Below are positions 27,141 to 36,756 of a DNA stretch of 64,000 bases, piece by piece (positions within the stretch are counted from its first letter, which is position 1; every line of letters begins with the position of its first letter). A program made the position numbers and the translations under genes. Source of the DNA: Agathobacter sp. (GTDB lineage Bacteria > Bacillota > Clostridia > Lachnospirales > Lachnospiraceae). The notes under the pieces are model-generated. The model saw only the letters and a list, made by a program, of their open reading frames with translations. It was not told where the DNA came from and ran no database searches. The DNA lies in NCBI GenBank assembly GCA_022772675.1, contig JALEZW010000015.1, positions 4,495-68,494 of the forward strand. Reading direction: 5' to 3'.

Positions 27141-28571
27141 ATGGAAAATCAATTTCGTTTTTACAATACACTGACAAGGAAGGTTGAGACCGTGATCCCC
27201 CATGAGGATGGAAAAATTGCCATGTATACCTGCGGACCCACGGTATATCACTTTGCCCATATCGGGAATTTACGCACCTACATTATGGAGGATATTCTGG
27301 TAAAGGGACTCTCTTATGTGGGATATGATGTGAAACGTGTCATGAATATTACGGATGTGGGACATCTCTCCTCCGATGCGGATACCGGTGAGGATAAGAT
27401 GTTAAAAGGAGCAAAGCGTGAACACAAAACCGTAATGGAGGTTGCTAAGTTTTATACAGATGCTTTCTTTGAGGACTGCAGGAAGTTAAATATCAAGCGT
27501 CCGGATGTGGTGGAGCCTGCAACCCACTGTATTCCAGAATTCATCCATATGATAGAAGTACTTCTGGAAAAGGGATATGCCTATCAGGCGGGAGGAAATG
27601 TCTATTTTGATACCAGTAAGCTTACGGATTATTTTGTATTTTCTTCAGCCGTGGAAAAGGAGCAGCTTCAGGTTGGTGTCAGGGATGATGTGGATGAGGA
27701 TGTGAACAAGAGAAATAAAAACGATTTTGTTCTCTGGTTTACGAAGTCAAAGTTTGAAGATCAGGCATTAAAGTGGGACAGTCCCTGGGGTGTGGGTTAT
27801 CCGGGATGGCATATTGAGTGTTCCTGCATTGGAATCAAAAATCTCGGAGAATATATGGATATTCACTGTGGCGGTGTGGATAATATTTTTCCCCATCATA
27901 CCAATGAGATTGCCCAGTCCGAGTCTTATCTGGGACATAAATGGTGTAACTACTGGTTTCATGTGAACCACTTAAATGACCAGTCCGGAAAGATGAGTAA
28001 GTCAAAAGGGGATTTCCTTACGGTTTCCCTGCTGGAGAGTAAGGGATATGATCCGCTTGCATACCGCATGTTCTGTTTACAGTCCCATTACCGTAAGCCT
28101 TTGGTATTTTCCTATGAGAATCTGGATAATGTGGAACTTGCCTATGAGAAGCTGGTGAAAAAGATTGCAACATTCAAAGATGAAGGGGAAATGGATCAGG
28201 TTTCCTTTGAACGTTATCAGAAACAGTTTAAGGATGCCATCAGCGATGATTTAAATACTTCCATGGCAATTACTATTGTTTATGATGTGGTAAAAGCCGA
28301 TATTAATGATAAGACCAAGCTGGCACTGTTAAATGATTTTGATCAGGTATTGTCCCTTAATCTTACCACAGCAGGCAGGGAGCGTATCAATGCCGGAACA
28401 ACTGTGGATGCCCGGCTGGAACAGTTTATCAATGAAAAGATTGCGGAGCGTGCAGCGGCTAAGAAGGCAAAGGATTTTGCAAAGGCAGATGCCATCCGGG
28501 ATGAGCTTTTGGCGCAGGGAATTACGATTAAAGATACCAGAGAAGGTGTCGTCTGGGAGCGGAATGCATGA
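27141..28571 (+). CDS. cysS: cysteine--tRNA ligase
   Basis: HIGN motif (HFAHIGNLR) and KMSKS (GKMSKSKGD). Confidence 0.95.
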   Translation: MENQFRFYNTLTRKVETVIPHEDGKIAMYTCGPTVYHFAHIGNLRTYIMEDILVKGLSYVGYDVKRVMNITDVGHLSSDADTGEDKMLKGAKREHKTVMEVAKFYTDAFFEDCRKLNIKRPDVVEPATHCIPEFIHMIEVLLEKGYAYQAGGNVYFDTSKLTDYFVFSSAVEKEQLQVGVRDDVDEDVNKRNKNDFVLWFTKSKFEDQALKWDSPWGVGYPGWHIECSCIGIKNLGEYMDIHCGGVDNIFPHHTNEIAQSESYLGHKWCNYWFHVNHLNDQSGKMSKSKGDFLTVSLLESKGYDPLAYRMFCLQSHYRKPLVFSYENLDNVELAYEKLVKKIATFKDEGEMDQVSFERYQKQFKDAISDDLNTSMAITIVYDVVKADINDKTKLALLNDFDQVLSLNLTTAGRERINAGTTVDARLEQFINEKIAERAAAKKAKDFAKADAIRDELLAQGITIKDTREGVVWERNA

Positions 28572-29002
28572 GCAGCGGAATTGATACCTATATCAAGGAA
28601 AAATTTGGTTTAAAGGATGTGGATATCAGAACTTATTCTCCACTGACACTGGCATATATCGGCGATGGAGTGTTTGATCTGATTATCCGCTCCGTAGTGG
28701 TGGGAAAGGGAAATACACGTCCCAATAAACTGCACTATAGAACCAGCGGTATTGTAAAAGCACATACGCAGGCTCTGATCATAGAATATTTATTGCCATA
28801 CCTGACGGAGGAGGAGGCAGATATCTACCGCAGAGGAAAAAATTCCAAACCGCAGAATAAGGCAAAAAATGCCACTGCCTCGGATTACCGTAAAGCCACG
28901 GGATTAGAGGCTCTGGTGGGATATCTGTATCTGACAGACCGGTTTGAACGTCTGGTGGAACTGGTGAAGCAGGCGGTGGATGGATTGAATTTGGAAATGT
29001 AG
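28568..29002 (+). CDS. mrnC: Mini-ribonuclease 3
   Basis: LAYIGDGVFDLIIR RNase III signature, 144 aa, overlaps the cysS stop as in Bacillus synteny. Confidence 0.85.
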   Translation: MSSGIDTYIKEKFGLKDVDIRTYSPLTLAYIGDGVFDLIIRSVVVGKGNTRPNKLHYRTSGIVKAHTQALIIEYLLPYLTEEEADIYRRGKNSKPQNKAKNATASDYRKATGLEALVGYLYLTDRFERLVELVKQAVDGLNLEM

Positions 29003-29070
29003 GAAATCTGCGGACAGAAAGAGAATTCACTTTAGAACCAGCTGCATTTGCAGGGAGAGAAACCGGGAGA

Positions 29071-29841
29071 ATGCCGGGAAAGGAAAATATGGATCATAAC
29101 GAAAAAAAAGAAAATCAGATAGAGGGACGTAATGCTGTTTTGGAGGCATTCCGTTCCGGGAAGACCATAGATAAACTGTATGTATTAGATGGATGTCAGG
29201 ATGGACCGGTTCGGACCATTATAAGGGAGGCAAAAAAGCACGATACAATTTTAAACTTTGTGACGAAGGAGAGATTGGATCAGTTGTCGGAAACGGGAAA
29301 ACATCAGGGTGTAATTGCAGTGAGTGCTGCATATGATTATGCTGAGGTGGAAGATATCCTTGCACTGGCTGAAAAAAAGAATGAACCACCGTTTATTCTG
29401 ATTCTGGATGGCATCGTGGATCCCCATAATCTGGGAGCCATTATCCGGACCGCAAATCAGGCAGGAGCACATGGCATCATCATACCAAAGCACCGGGCTG
29501 TGGGACTGACTCCTGTGGTGGCGAGAACTTCCGCAGGCGCAATTAACTATACACCGGTAGCAAAGGTAACGAATATTTCAAATACTATGAAAGAACTTAA
29601 GGAACGGGGTATGTGGTTCGTCTGTGCGGACATGGATGGAACCGTCATGTACGACCTGAATCTCACAGGTCCCATAGGTCTTGTTATAGGAAGCGAGGGA
29701 GAGGGAGTCAGCCCTCTGGTAAAGAAAAATTGTGATATGACAGCGGCAATTCCAATGAAAGGGGATATTGATTCCCTAAATGCATCAGTAGCTGCAGGAA
29801 TCCTGTCCTATGAAATTGTTCGACAGCGGATGGGAAAATAG
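29071..29841 (+). CDS. rlmB: 23S rRNA (guanosine-2'-O)-methyltransferase RlmB (SpoU/TrmH family)
   Basis: N-terminal substrate-binding domain IEGRNAVLEA and SpoU motifs DPHNLGAIIRTA, GSEGEGV, LNASVAAGI. Confidence 0.85.
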   Translation: MPGKENMDHNEKKENQIEGRNAVLEAFRSGKTIDKLYVLDGCQDGPVRTIIREAKKHDTILNFVTKERLDQLSETGKHQGVIAVSAAYDYAEVEDILALAEKKNEPPFILILDGIVDPHNLGAIIRTANQAGAHGIIIPKHRAVGLTPVVARTSAGAINYTPVAKVTNISNTMKELKERGMWFVCADMDGTVMYDLNLTGPIGLVIGSEGEGVSPLVKKNCDMTAAIPMKGDIDSLNASVAAGILSYEIVRQRMGK

Positions 29842-29915
29842 GACGTTGCAGGCACCGGTTCACTGTCTGTAGTGGTTATGTTTGGACGGGTGTACAAAGA
29901 AAGAAGAGACAGGTC

Positions 29916-30494
29916 ATGAATTATGAGACGTGTTCCGATGAGGAACTGATTCAACGACTCCGGCAGGGAGAAAATACCATTATGGATTATATTCTGGAGA
30001 AGTATAAACCGCTGGTCCGCAAGTGTGCAAATGCCATGTACTTAATCGGAGGGGAAACGGAGGATCTGATTCAGGAGGGGATGATCGGATTATTTAAAGC
30101 CATCCGTGATTACCGTGATGACAGGGATAACAGTTTTTCTTCCTTTGCCTATATCTGTGTGAACCGACAGCTCTATACGGCTATTGAGGCATCCAACCGG
30201 AAAAAGAACCAGCCCCTTAACTCCTATGTTTCCCTGTCAGAGCAAAGTACTAAAAATTGTCTCGGGGTAACCAGCAGTCCCGAACAGCTTGTGATTGAGC
30301 AGGAGGTCTGGGAGAATCTTTGGAAAGAACTTGATGAATGCCTGAGCGAAATGGAAAAGCAGGTGCTTTCCTATTATTTAAAGGGCAGCAGTTACTTACA
30401 GATTGCGGAAAAAATGGAAAAAAGTCCAAAATCTATCGATAATGCACTATGGCGCATCCGCCAGAAAATAAGACAGATTAAGCAGGTGTCTTGA
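29916..30494 (+). CDS. sigH: RNA polymerase sigma factor SigH (sigma-70 family, sporulation/early stationary)
   Basis: Region 2 DLIQEGMIGLFKAIRDY and a region 4 HTH, at the position of sigH in the conserved cysS-mrnC-rlmB-sigH order. Confidence 0.8.
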   Translation: MNYETCSDEELIQRLRQGENTIMDYILEKYKPLVRKCANAMYLIGGETEDLIQEGMIGLFKAIRDYRDDRDNSFSSFAYICVNRQLYTAIEASNRKKNQPLNSYVSLSEQSTKNCLGVTSSPEQLVIEQEVWENLWKELDECLSEMEKQVLSYYLKGSSYLQIAEKMEKSPKSIDNALWRIRQKIRQIKQVS

Positions 30495-30531
30495 GAACTG
30501 TAAAGGATGTCCAAAGGAAGAGGGTGAGTGT

Positions 30532-31182
30532 ATGAAATTTTCTAAAATTGGAAAACACACGATTCGGTGTGTGATTACGGAGCAGGAAATCATGGATCTG
30601 GGGTATACCATTGAGGAAATTATGAGTAATGGGGAACGGACACAGGAGTTCATGAACCGTATTTTTGATATGGCAGAACAGAATTTTGAAACGAAATTTG
30701 AGTTGGGAATTAAAACAGTTCGTGCTGATTTTATGTCTGATCACACTTTAACACTGACGTTTTCCGAGCATCCCGGCTCTGATGAAATGCTGGAACATTT
30801 AAAAGATATTGTAAATGGAATTATGAATTCCATACCCCAGCAGAAGTGGAATGGGGGCAGTGGGGGGAATCAGAATGGGAAGAAGGAGGAGACCAGTGTT
30901 CTTGTAACCATTATGTTTGAGGAGCTGGATGTCCTTATTCGTTATGCAAAAAACATTTCTGTTTCCACACTGCCGCCGGGAATGCTTTATAAGGATGAAA
31001 ACCGGTATATGCTGATACTGAATCTTACGGATTTAGAGGAGGAGGAATTGGCGAAACTGTCCAATCTGACGGACGAATATGCTTCAGATCTTTTTGTGGG
31101 GGCAGAGAGAAAATCCTATATTGAAGAACATGGAAACTGTATTCTGCCGGAGAATGCATTGGAAAAACTGAGAGAACTGTAG
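30532..31182 (+). CDS. mecA: MecA-like adaptor protein
   Basis: MKFSKIGKHTIRCVITEQEIMDLGYTIEEI... and its ~216-aa length fit MecA family architecture. Confidence 0.7.
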   Translation: MKFSKIGKHTIRCVITEQEIMDLGYTIEEIMSNGERTQEFMNRIFDMAEQNFETKFELGIKTVRADFMSDHTLTLTFSEHPGSDEMLEHLKDIVNGIMNSIPQQKWNGGSGGNQNGKKEETSVLVTIMFEELDVLIRYAKNISVSTLPPGMLYKDENRYMLILNLTDLEEEELAKLSNLTDEYASDLFVGAERKSYIEEHGNCILPENALEKLREL

Positions 31183-31194
31183 GACAAAAGACAC

Positions 31195-31228
31195 AACAAT
31201 AAGAGGGGCAAAGCCCCTCTTATTGTTT
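31195..31228. terminator. bidirectional intrinsic terminator
   Basis: AACAATAAGAGGGGC AAA GCCCCTCTTATTGTT, a perfect 15-bp stem between convergent mecA and cheY. Confidence 0.7.
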
Positions 31229-31248
31229 ATGTAAGCATGTCAGAACGG

Positions 31249-31608
31249 TTATCCTAATACTTTACGAATGGATTCCAATACACGGTCAGCCTGGAAAGGT
31301 TTAACGATAAAATCCTTGGCTCCTGACTGAATAGCCTCAATAACCATGGACTGCTGACCCATTGCCGAACACATAACACAGGTGGCATTTGGATCTGCGG
31401 CTTTGATTTCCTTGAGAGCCTGAATACCATCTTTGTTAGGCATGGTAATATCAAGCGTTACCAGATCGGGCTTTAATTCGCTATACTTTGCAACGGCTTC
31501 CACTCCATCAGATGCCTCTCCTGCAATTTCAAATCCACCCTTGGTAAGAATGTCCTTGAGCATCATACGCATGAATGCTGCATCATCAACGATTAATATT
31601 TTTGCCAT
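31249..31608 (-). CDS. cheY: chemotaxis response regulator CheY
   Basis: 119-aa single receiver: ILIVDDAAFMR, DITMPNKDG, FIVKPF. Confidence 0.85.
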   Translation of the reverse strand: MAKILIVDDAAFMRMMLKDILTKGGFEIAGEASDGVEAVAKYSELKPDLVTLDITMPNKDGIQALKEIKAADPNATCVMCSAMGQQSMVIEAIQSGAKDFIVKPFQADRVLESIRKVLG

Positions 31609-32190
31609 TTATATTTCCTCCTGTTTTAAAATCTGTTTTACTATGCTGACCGGATATAACTGAATCAGTTCGCTGTCAATTAAATCACCAACTGTCAGCC
31701 GAAAAGTTACTTTGACGATATCAGTGCCGTTACACAATTCATCCGGAATCTCAAAGGATTTGTGATCCCTGGAATTGATAAGGGGGAACCCGATATCTGT
31801 GGGGCGGGACAATAAGGATGCCATCGATGTAGCGATGGAACCACACATCTGATTCATTGCCTCCGAAATGGCTGAAAGCGTCAATTCATTAATTTCCAAA
31901 CCGGTAAGATCTCTCCCGTCACCACCCATCATAAGACTTGCAATAATCAGCGCATCCTTCACATCCAATACCATGAGATTAGTTCCGTCCAGTCCCTTGG
32001 TGTAAGGAACCTTCACCAGAATACAGTCTTCACTTTCGAGTTTTTCTTCTCTGTCAAGAACTTCCACGAGAGGTGTCGTGATATTGGTCGGATGATTGAT
32101 GATCATGCTGAGAGCAGTAGCTGCAGTACCGGTGCAGATATTTGCAATCTCGCCAATAATGTCGGCCTGTTCTTTTGTGATATTTGTCAT
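31609..32190 (-). CDS. cheC: CheC-family chemotaxis phosphatase
   Basis: Two ExxN sites (GEIANICTG and ISEAMNQM). Its stop abuts the cheY start. Confidence 0.8.
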   Translation of the reverse strand: MTNITKEQADIIGEIANICTGTAATALSMIINHPTNITTPLVEVLDREEKLESEDCILVKVPYTKGLDGTNLMVLDVKDALIIASLMMGGDGRDLTGLEINELTLSAISEAMNQMCGSIATSMASLLSRPTDIGFPLINSRDHKSFEIPDELCNGTDIVKVTFRLTVGDLIDSELIQLYPVSIVKQILKQEEI

Positions 32191-32348
32191 ATATTTTCCT
32201 CCATAGTACCTAATCCTAATATGATTATAACAAATTATAAGGTATAAAGAAAGAAAATATTTGTTTTTTTTTACTTTTCATTGGTATCATAACACAAATG
32301 TGGTAAAATTGGAATGATAAATGAAAAAAAAGTTGGAAAGGAGTCAAA

Positions 32349-34256
32349 ATGGGAGATTTAGAATATCAGGAAGCACTGAAAATGGGTAAAAAGGAATATA
32401 AGTCCTGTGTCCAGCACGGGCGTTTTCCTTATCTGCCGGTTTTAGACGATATACTGTCCAGAGAGGAAATCCAGACAGAACAGAATATGGGACTGATGCA
32501 GATACCCCTTGATTTTGTTGTCGGAACCTCTACAAAGGGAAGAACCTATTCATTTGCAGCAAATTTCATGCCGATTCTTGATATGAACACGGAATTCGCA
32601 TTTAAATGGGCTGCACTCTGTGAGGCACAGGTGAATGAGGGAATCCGGGATCCGATTGTGGCTTATGAATATATGAACCGGTATTATGTTGTGGAGGGAA
32701 ATAAGAGGGTCAGCGTTTTGAAGTATTACAAAGCGGATTCCATCCTTGCCAACGTTACACGTAAGATTCCGAAGTATTCAGAAGATGAGAATGTAAAAAT
32801 TTACTACGAGTACATGAAATTTAATGATATCTCCTGCCTTAATAATATTGAGTTTTCCAAGCCGGGTCTGGCAGATGAGCTGATTGATCTGACTGGCGGA
32901 AAAGAAAAGTGGGATCCAGACAAGAAAATTGAGTTCAACAGCTTGATTAATCATTTTACGAAAGCTTATGAATTCCGTGGAGGCAGAAAGCTTCCTATTA
33001 CCATAGGGGATGCGCTGACTGCATTTATCAATGTCTATGGATATGAGAATACCCTCAATATGTCCGATGATGAGATGAGCATGGATATTGTAAAGTGCTG
33101 GAATGAGTTTATCGTGCTGACGGAGAAACACAGTGTAGGACTGGTTATGAATCCTGCATCCACAGAGGAAAAGAAAAATATTTTCAGCTATTTTATTCCT
33201 GCTTCAGCCAAGAAATTTACCGTTGCATTTCTCTATCCCAAGTCTCCGGAAACCTCGGACTGGGTGTATGGACATGATCTTGGGCGTAATTATCTGGAAG
33301 AAACCTTTTCTGACCAGATGAAGACCATCTGTGTGAATGATGTAACGGAGGAAAGAACGGAAGAGGTACTGAATGATGTGATTTGCCAGGGAGCGGATAT
33401 TATTTTCGAGATTGCCCCCCAGATGATGAAAAACAGTTTAAAGGTAGCCGTTGACCATCCGGATATTAAGATTTTAAACTGCAGCCTGAATACATCCCAT
33501 AAATATATCCGTACATATTACGCCCGAATGTATGAGGCCAAATTTATTTCCGGTGTGATTGCCGGGGCACTGGCAGAAAACGATAAGATTGCCTATATTG
33601 CGGATTATCCGATTTATGGTATGATAGCAAATATTAACGCGTTCGCACTGGGAGCAACCTTTACCAATCCCCGGGCAAAAATCTATCTGGCATGGTCCAC
33701 CAGCAAGGGGTACGACAGGGACGCATTTCTGAAAGAAAATGACATCCACATTGTTTCCGATCAGGATATGATCACGCCCCGTGATGCCGGCAGACAGTTT
33801 GGGCTGTATGAGATTGCGGAGGATAAAACAAGAATCAATCTGGTAATGCCCCTGTGGAACTGGGGCGTGTTCTATGAGAAGATGATCCAGAGTATTCTGG
33901 CCGGTTCGTACCAGTCAGAAGGAAGTTCCGAAGGGAAGGCATTAAATTACTGGTGGGGCATGTCCGCCGGAGTCATTGACTTAATCTGTTCTAAGAATGT
34001 TCCGGCAGGTGTACAGAGGCTTGCCTCCCATTTAAAAGGTGATATAAAAAAAGGAGATATTTCCCCATTTTTCGGGCAGATTCGTTCCCAGGACGGGACC
34101 ATTCGCAATGAAAAGGACAGAACTATGAAACCGGAGGCCATTATGGAGATGGACTGGCTGGTGGACAACGTAATCGGAAGCATTCCACCCAGGAAGGAAC
34201 TGGTAGCAGAGGCACGTCCCATTGTACGGCTGAAAGGGGTAGAGGAAAAAAAGTAG
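32349..34256 (+). CDS. cytoplasmic fusion protein: ParB/Srx-like N-terminal domain plus BMP (PnrA-like nucleoside-binding) domain
   Basis: No signal peptide or lipobox. Residues ~50-140 (IPLDFVVG...GIRDPIVAYEYMNRYYVVEGNKRVSVLKYY...ANV) follow the ParB N-domain pattern. The C-terminal ~350 aa resemble BMP-family periplasmic-binding-fold proteins. Confidence 0.6.
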   Translation: MGDLEYQEALKMGKKEYKSCVQHGRFPYLPVLDDILSREEIQTEQNMGLMQIPLDFVVGTSTKGRTYSFAANFMPILDMNTEFAFKWAALCEAQVNEGIRDPIVAYEYMNRYYVVEGNKRVSVLKYYKADSILANVTRKIPKYSEDENVKIYYEYMKFNDISCLNNIEFSKPGLADELIDLTGGKEKWDPDKKIEFNSLINHFTKAYEFRGGRKLPITIGDALTAFINVYGYENTLNMSDDEMSMDIVKCWNEFIVLTEKHSVGLVMNPASTEEKKNIFSYFIPASAKKFTVAFLYPKSPETSDWVYGHDLGRNYLEETFSDQMKTICVNDVTEERTEEVLNDVICQGADIIFEIAPQMMKNSLKVAVDHPDIKILNCSLNTSHKYIRTYYARMYEAKFISGVIAGALAENDKIAYIADYPIYGMIANINAFALGATFTNPRAKIYLAWSTSKGYDRDAFLKENDIHIVSDQDMITPRDAGRQFGLYEIAEDKTRINLVMPLWNWGVFYEKMIQSILAGSYQSEGSSEGKALNYWWGMSAGVIDLICSKNVPAGVQRLASHLKGDIKKGDISPFFGQIRSQDGTIRNEKDRTMKPEAIMEMDWLVDNVIGSIPPRKELVAEARPIVRLKGVEEKK

Positions 34257-34257
34257 C

Positions 34258-34848
34258 ATGAAGATACTGTTATTATCAGATGAGGAATCAAAATCGATTT
34301 GGGATTTTTTTAGAAAAGAGGATTACGAGGATATTGATCTTGTAATATCCTGTGGAGATTTAAAACCGGAATATCTGTCATTTGTTGCCACCATGATTCC
34401 CGTGCCCCTTCTGTATGTTCACGGCAACCATGATGATAAGTATGACAGTAAGCCACCGGAAGGATGTACCTGTATTGAGGACCAGATATTTGAGTTTCAG
34501 GGGGTACGGATTTTAGGACTGGGCGGCTGTTTACGGTATAAACCGGGAAAGAACCAGTATACAGAACAGCAGATGCAGCGCCGGATTTCTAAAATGTTCT
34601 GGAAAATCCGCCGGAAAAAGGGGTTTGATATTCTTGTAACACATGCACCGGCACAGGGAATCCATGATGCAGAGGATCTCTGCCACAGGGGATTTAAAGC
34701 CTTTATCGACTTAATTGAAAAGTATCATCCAAAATATTTTGTGCATGGTCATGTTCATATGAATTATGGAAGACAGTTTCCACGGGAGGATATGTTAGGA
34801 GATACCAGAGTAATCAATGCATTTGAAAAGTATATCATAGAGATATAG
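34258..34848 (+). CDS. metallophosphoesterase (calcineurin-like)
   Basis: Motifs LLSDEE..., CGDL, HGNHD, THAP and GHVH. Starts 1 nt after the upstream stop. Confidence 0.75.
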   Translation: MKILLLSDEESKSIWDFFRKEDYEDIDLVISCGDLKPEYLSFVATMIPVPLLYVHGNHDDKYDSKPPEGCTCIEDQIFEFQGVRILGLGGCLRYKPGKNQYTEQQMQRRISKMFWKIRRKKGFDILVTHAPAQGIHDAEDLCHRGFKAFIDLIEKYHPKYFVHGHVHMNYGRQFPREDMLGDTRVINAFEKYIIEI

Positions 34849-34859
34849 ATATAAAGTGC

Positions 34860-35276
34860 AATTGCGCCGGACGATAAGCCGGGTTATGTCGTTGGGTGAT
34901 CATCTATCTACTGCGGCTGTTACCAGCCGCCTCTAGCGACCTACCTAAAGCTGGCGGGCCACGTCATCGCTTTGTTTCGGTCTTGCTTCGGATGGGGTTT
35001 ACATATGCCCTCCCTGTTACCAGCGAGGCGGTAGTCTCTTACACTGCCATTCCACCCTTACTACTGAGATGCATCTTTGATGCATCTCCTACGTACATGC
35101 CTTCCCCGAAGGGGAATTGCATGGCATGTGCTCCTTGTAGCGGTATATTTCTGTTGCACTTTCCTTAGAGTTTCCTCCACCGGCCGTTAACCGGCATCCT
35201 GCCCTGTGAAGCCCGGACTTTCCTCACCTGCGGTCTTTCGACACCTGCAGCCGCGATCACCTGTCCGACGCAATGC
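34860..35276 (-). ncRNA. rnpB: RNase P RNA (bacterial, type B-like)
   Basis: The minus strand carries the universal P4 sequence GAGGAAAGTCCGGGC, followed by ACAGGGCAGGATGCCGGTTAACGGCCGGTGGAGGAAACTC.... The terminal P1 pairing GCATTGCGTCGGAC / GTCCGGCGCAATTGC defines the ends to within a few nt. Confidence 0.9.
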
Positions 35277-35283
35277 AAAATTC

Positions 35284-35312
35284 ACTATAGCATATATTTA
35301 AAAAACCTTCAA
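35284..35312 (-). promoter_or_regulatory. candidate rnpB promoter
   Basis: On the minus strand: TTGAAG, a 17-nt spacer, then TATAGT, ending about 7 nt before the inferred RNA 5' end. Confidence 0.45.
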
Positions 35313-35466
35313 TATCCTATTTGTTCTATTTTATCTTTTTAGGTTAGGGGCAACCATAAATTCTTTGTTAAAAAAATCTTAAAAGACTATACGTTTCTTG
35401 ACTCCAATATTTCCCATGAGTTATAACATAATAAGTATATTTTAGCTAAAGAAAGAGGTCAGATTC

Positions 35467-35862
35467 ATGAAAGAAAAATTTTATCGCTTTATGCAGGGCA
35501 GAAACGGAGTGGATGAGCTGGCAAGAATGCATTCGTGGCTGGTTTTGATTCTGCTGCTGGTGGGAATGTTCACAAGAATCGGGTTGTTTTCCCTGCTGGC
35601 ACTGGGGTTACTCATCTATATGTATTTCCGTGTTTTTTCCAGAAATACGTCAAAACGGTATGAGGAGAACCGGAAGTACCTGGATTTCCGTTATAACCGT
35701 ACCGTGGCATGGAACCGTTTTAAGAAGCGTTTTGCCCAGAGAAGGGATTATAAATTTTTTAAATGTCCTATGTGCAGGCAGGAGGTCCGTGTTCCACGGG
35801 GACATGGAAAAATTGAGATCACCTGTCCGAAATGCAGGGAGAAATTTATCCGGCGAACGTAA
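35467..35862 (+). CDS. membrane-anchored zinc-ribbon protein
   Basis: Central hydrophobic hairpin (WLVLILLLVGMF...LLALGLLIYMYF) and C-terminal CPMC...CPKC. Confidence 0.6.
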   Translation: MKEKFYRFMQGRNGVDELARMHSWLVLILLLVGMFTRIGLFSLLALGLLIYMYFRVFSRNTSKRYEENRKYLDFRYNRTVAWNRFKKRFAQRRDYKFFKCPMCRQEVRVPRGHGKIEITCPKCREKFIRRT

Positions 35863-35913
35863 TGACATATTTAGGAAATGTTTGTAATTCAGCGGAATTG
35901 ACTGGGAGGAGTC

Positions 35914-36756
35914 ATGTTTGGTTATATTAATGTAAATGGCAGTCAGCTGTCAGAAGAAAATAAAGCAGTTTACCAGTCCTACTACTGCGGCCTTTGCCGC
36001 AGATTAAAGGAATTCTGCGGAAAGAAAGGACAGGTGCTGTTAAATTACGACATGACTTTTCTGGTTGTGCTGTTGACCGGATTGTATGAACCGGAAACTA
36101 CCTGTGATGAGTTTACCTGTATGATCCATCCCATGAAAAAAAGAACAGAACGGGATAATGAGATTGAAGAGTATGCGGCCCAGATGAATGTACTTCTGGC
36201 ATATTTTAACTTGATTGATGACTGGAAGGATGACAGGGATTACACGAAGAAAACCATTGCATCCCTGTTCGAAAAGGATTATCTTAGGGTAAAAGAAAAC
36301 TATCCGAGACAGACAGCTGCCGTAGAGCACTATATTGAAAAACTGTCGGAATATGAGAGGGAAAAGCAGAGCAATATTGATCTGGCAGCAGGTGTTACCG
36401 GAGAAATGCTGGGAGAAATATTTGCATGGAAGCAGGACGAGTGGTATGATGAACTAAAAACCCTTGGATTTTATCTGGGTAAATTTATCTATCTGATGGA
36501 CGCATATGAGGATTTCGGGAAGGATGAGAAGAAGGACAGTTACAATCCCCTCCGTTATCTGAAGGTGGAAGATGAAAAGGAGTTTGAGACATTATGCAGG
36601 CTTATGATGACCAGCATGATGTCGGAATGTGCCAAGTCCTTTGAGAGACTGCCAATTCTTCTGCATGCAGATATCTTACGGAATATTCTGTATTCCGGGG
36701 TCTGGTCCAAATATGAGTACATTCAGCTGAAAAAGAAGAAGAGGAAGAAAACATGA
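35914..36756 (+). CDS. DUF5685-like protein (function unknown)
   Basis: [50 protein letters not shown] resembles DUF5685 N-termini as I remember them. Needs HMM confirmation. Confidence 0.6.
   Translation: MFGYINVNGSQLSEENKAVYQSYYCGLCRRLKEFCGKKGQVLLNYDMTFLVVLLTGLYEPETTCDEFTCMIHPMKKRTERDNEIEEYAAQMNVLLAYFNLIDDWKDDRDYTKKTIASLFEKDYLRVKENYPRQTAAVEHYIEKLSEYEREKQSNIDLAAGVTGEMLGEIFAWKQDEWYDELKTLGFYLGKFIYLMDAYEDFGKDEKKDSYNPLRYLKVEDEKEFETLCRLMMTSMMSECAKSFERLPILLHADILRNILYSGVWSKYEYIQLKKKKRKKT

Noticed and set aside
34896-35168. 90-aa plus-strand ORF
   Set aside because: It lies entirely antisense to the RNase P RNA gene. It has no RBS, and its composition (Pro/Ser/Leu/Ala-rich) is that of structured-RNA antisense, not of a protein.
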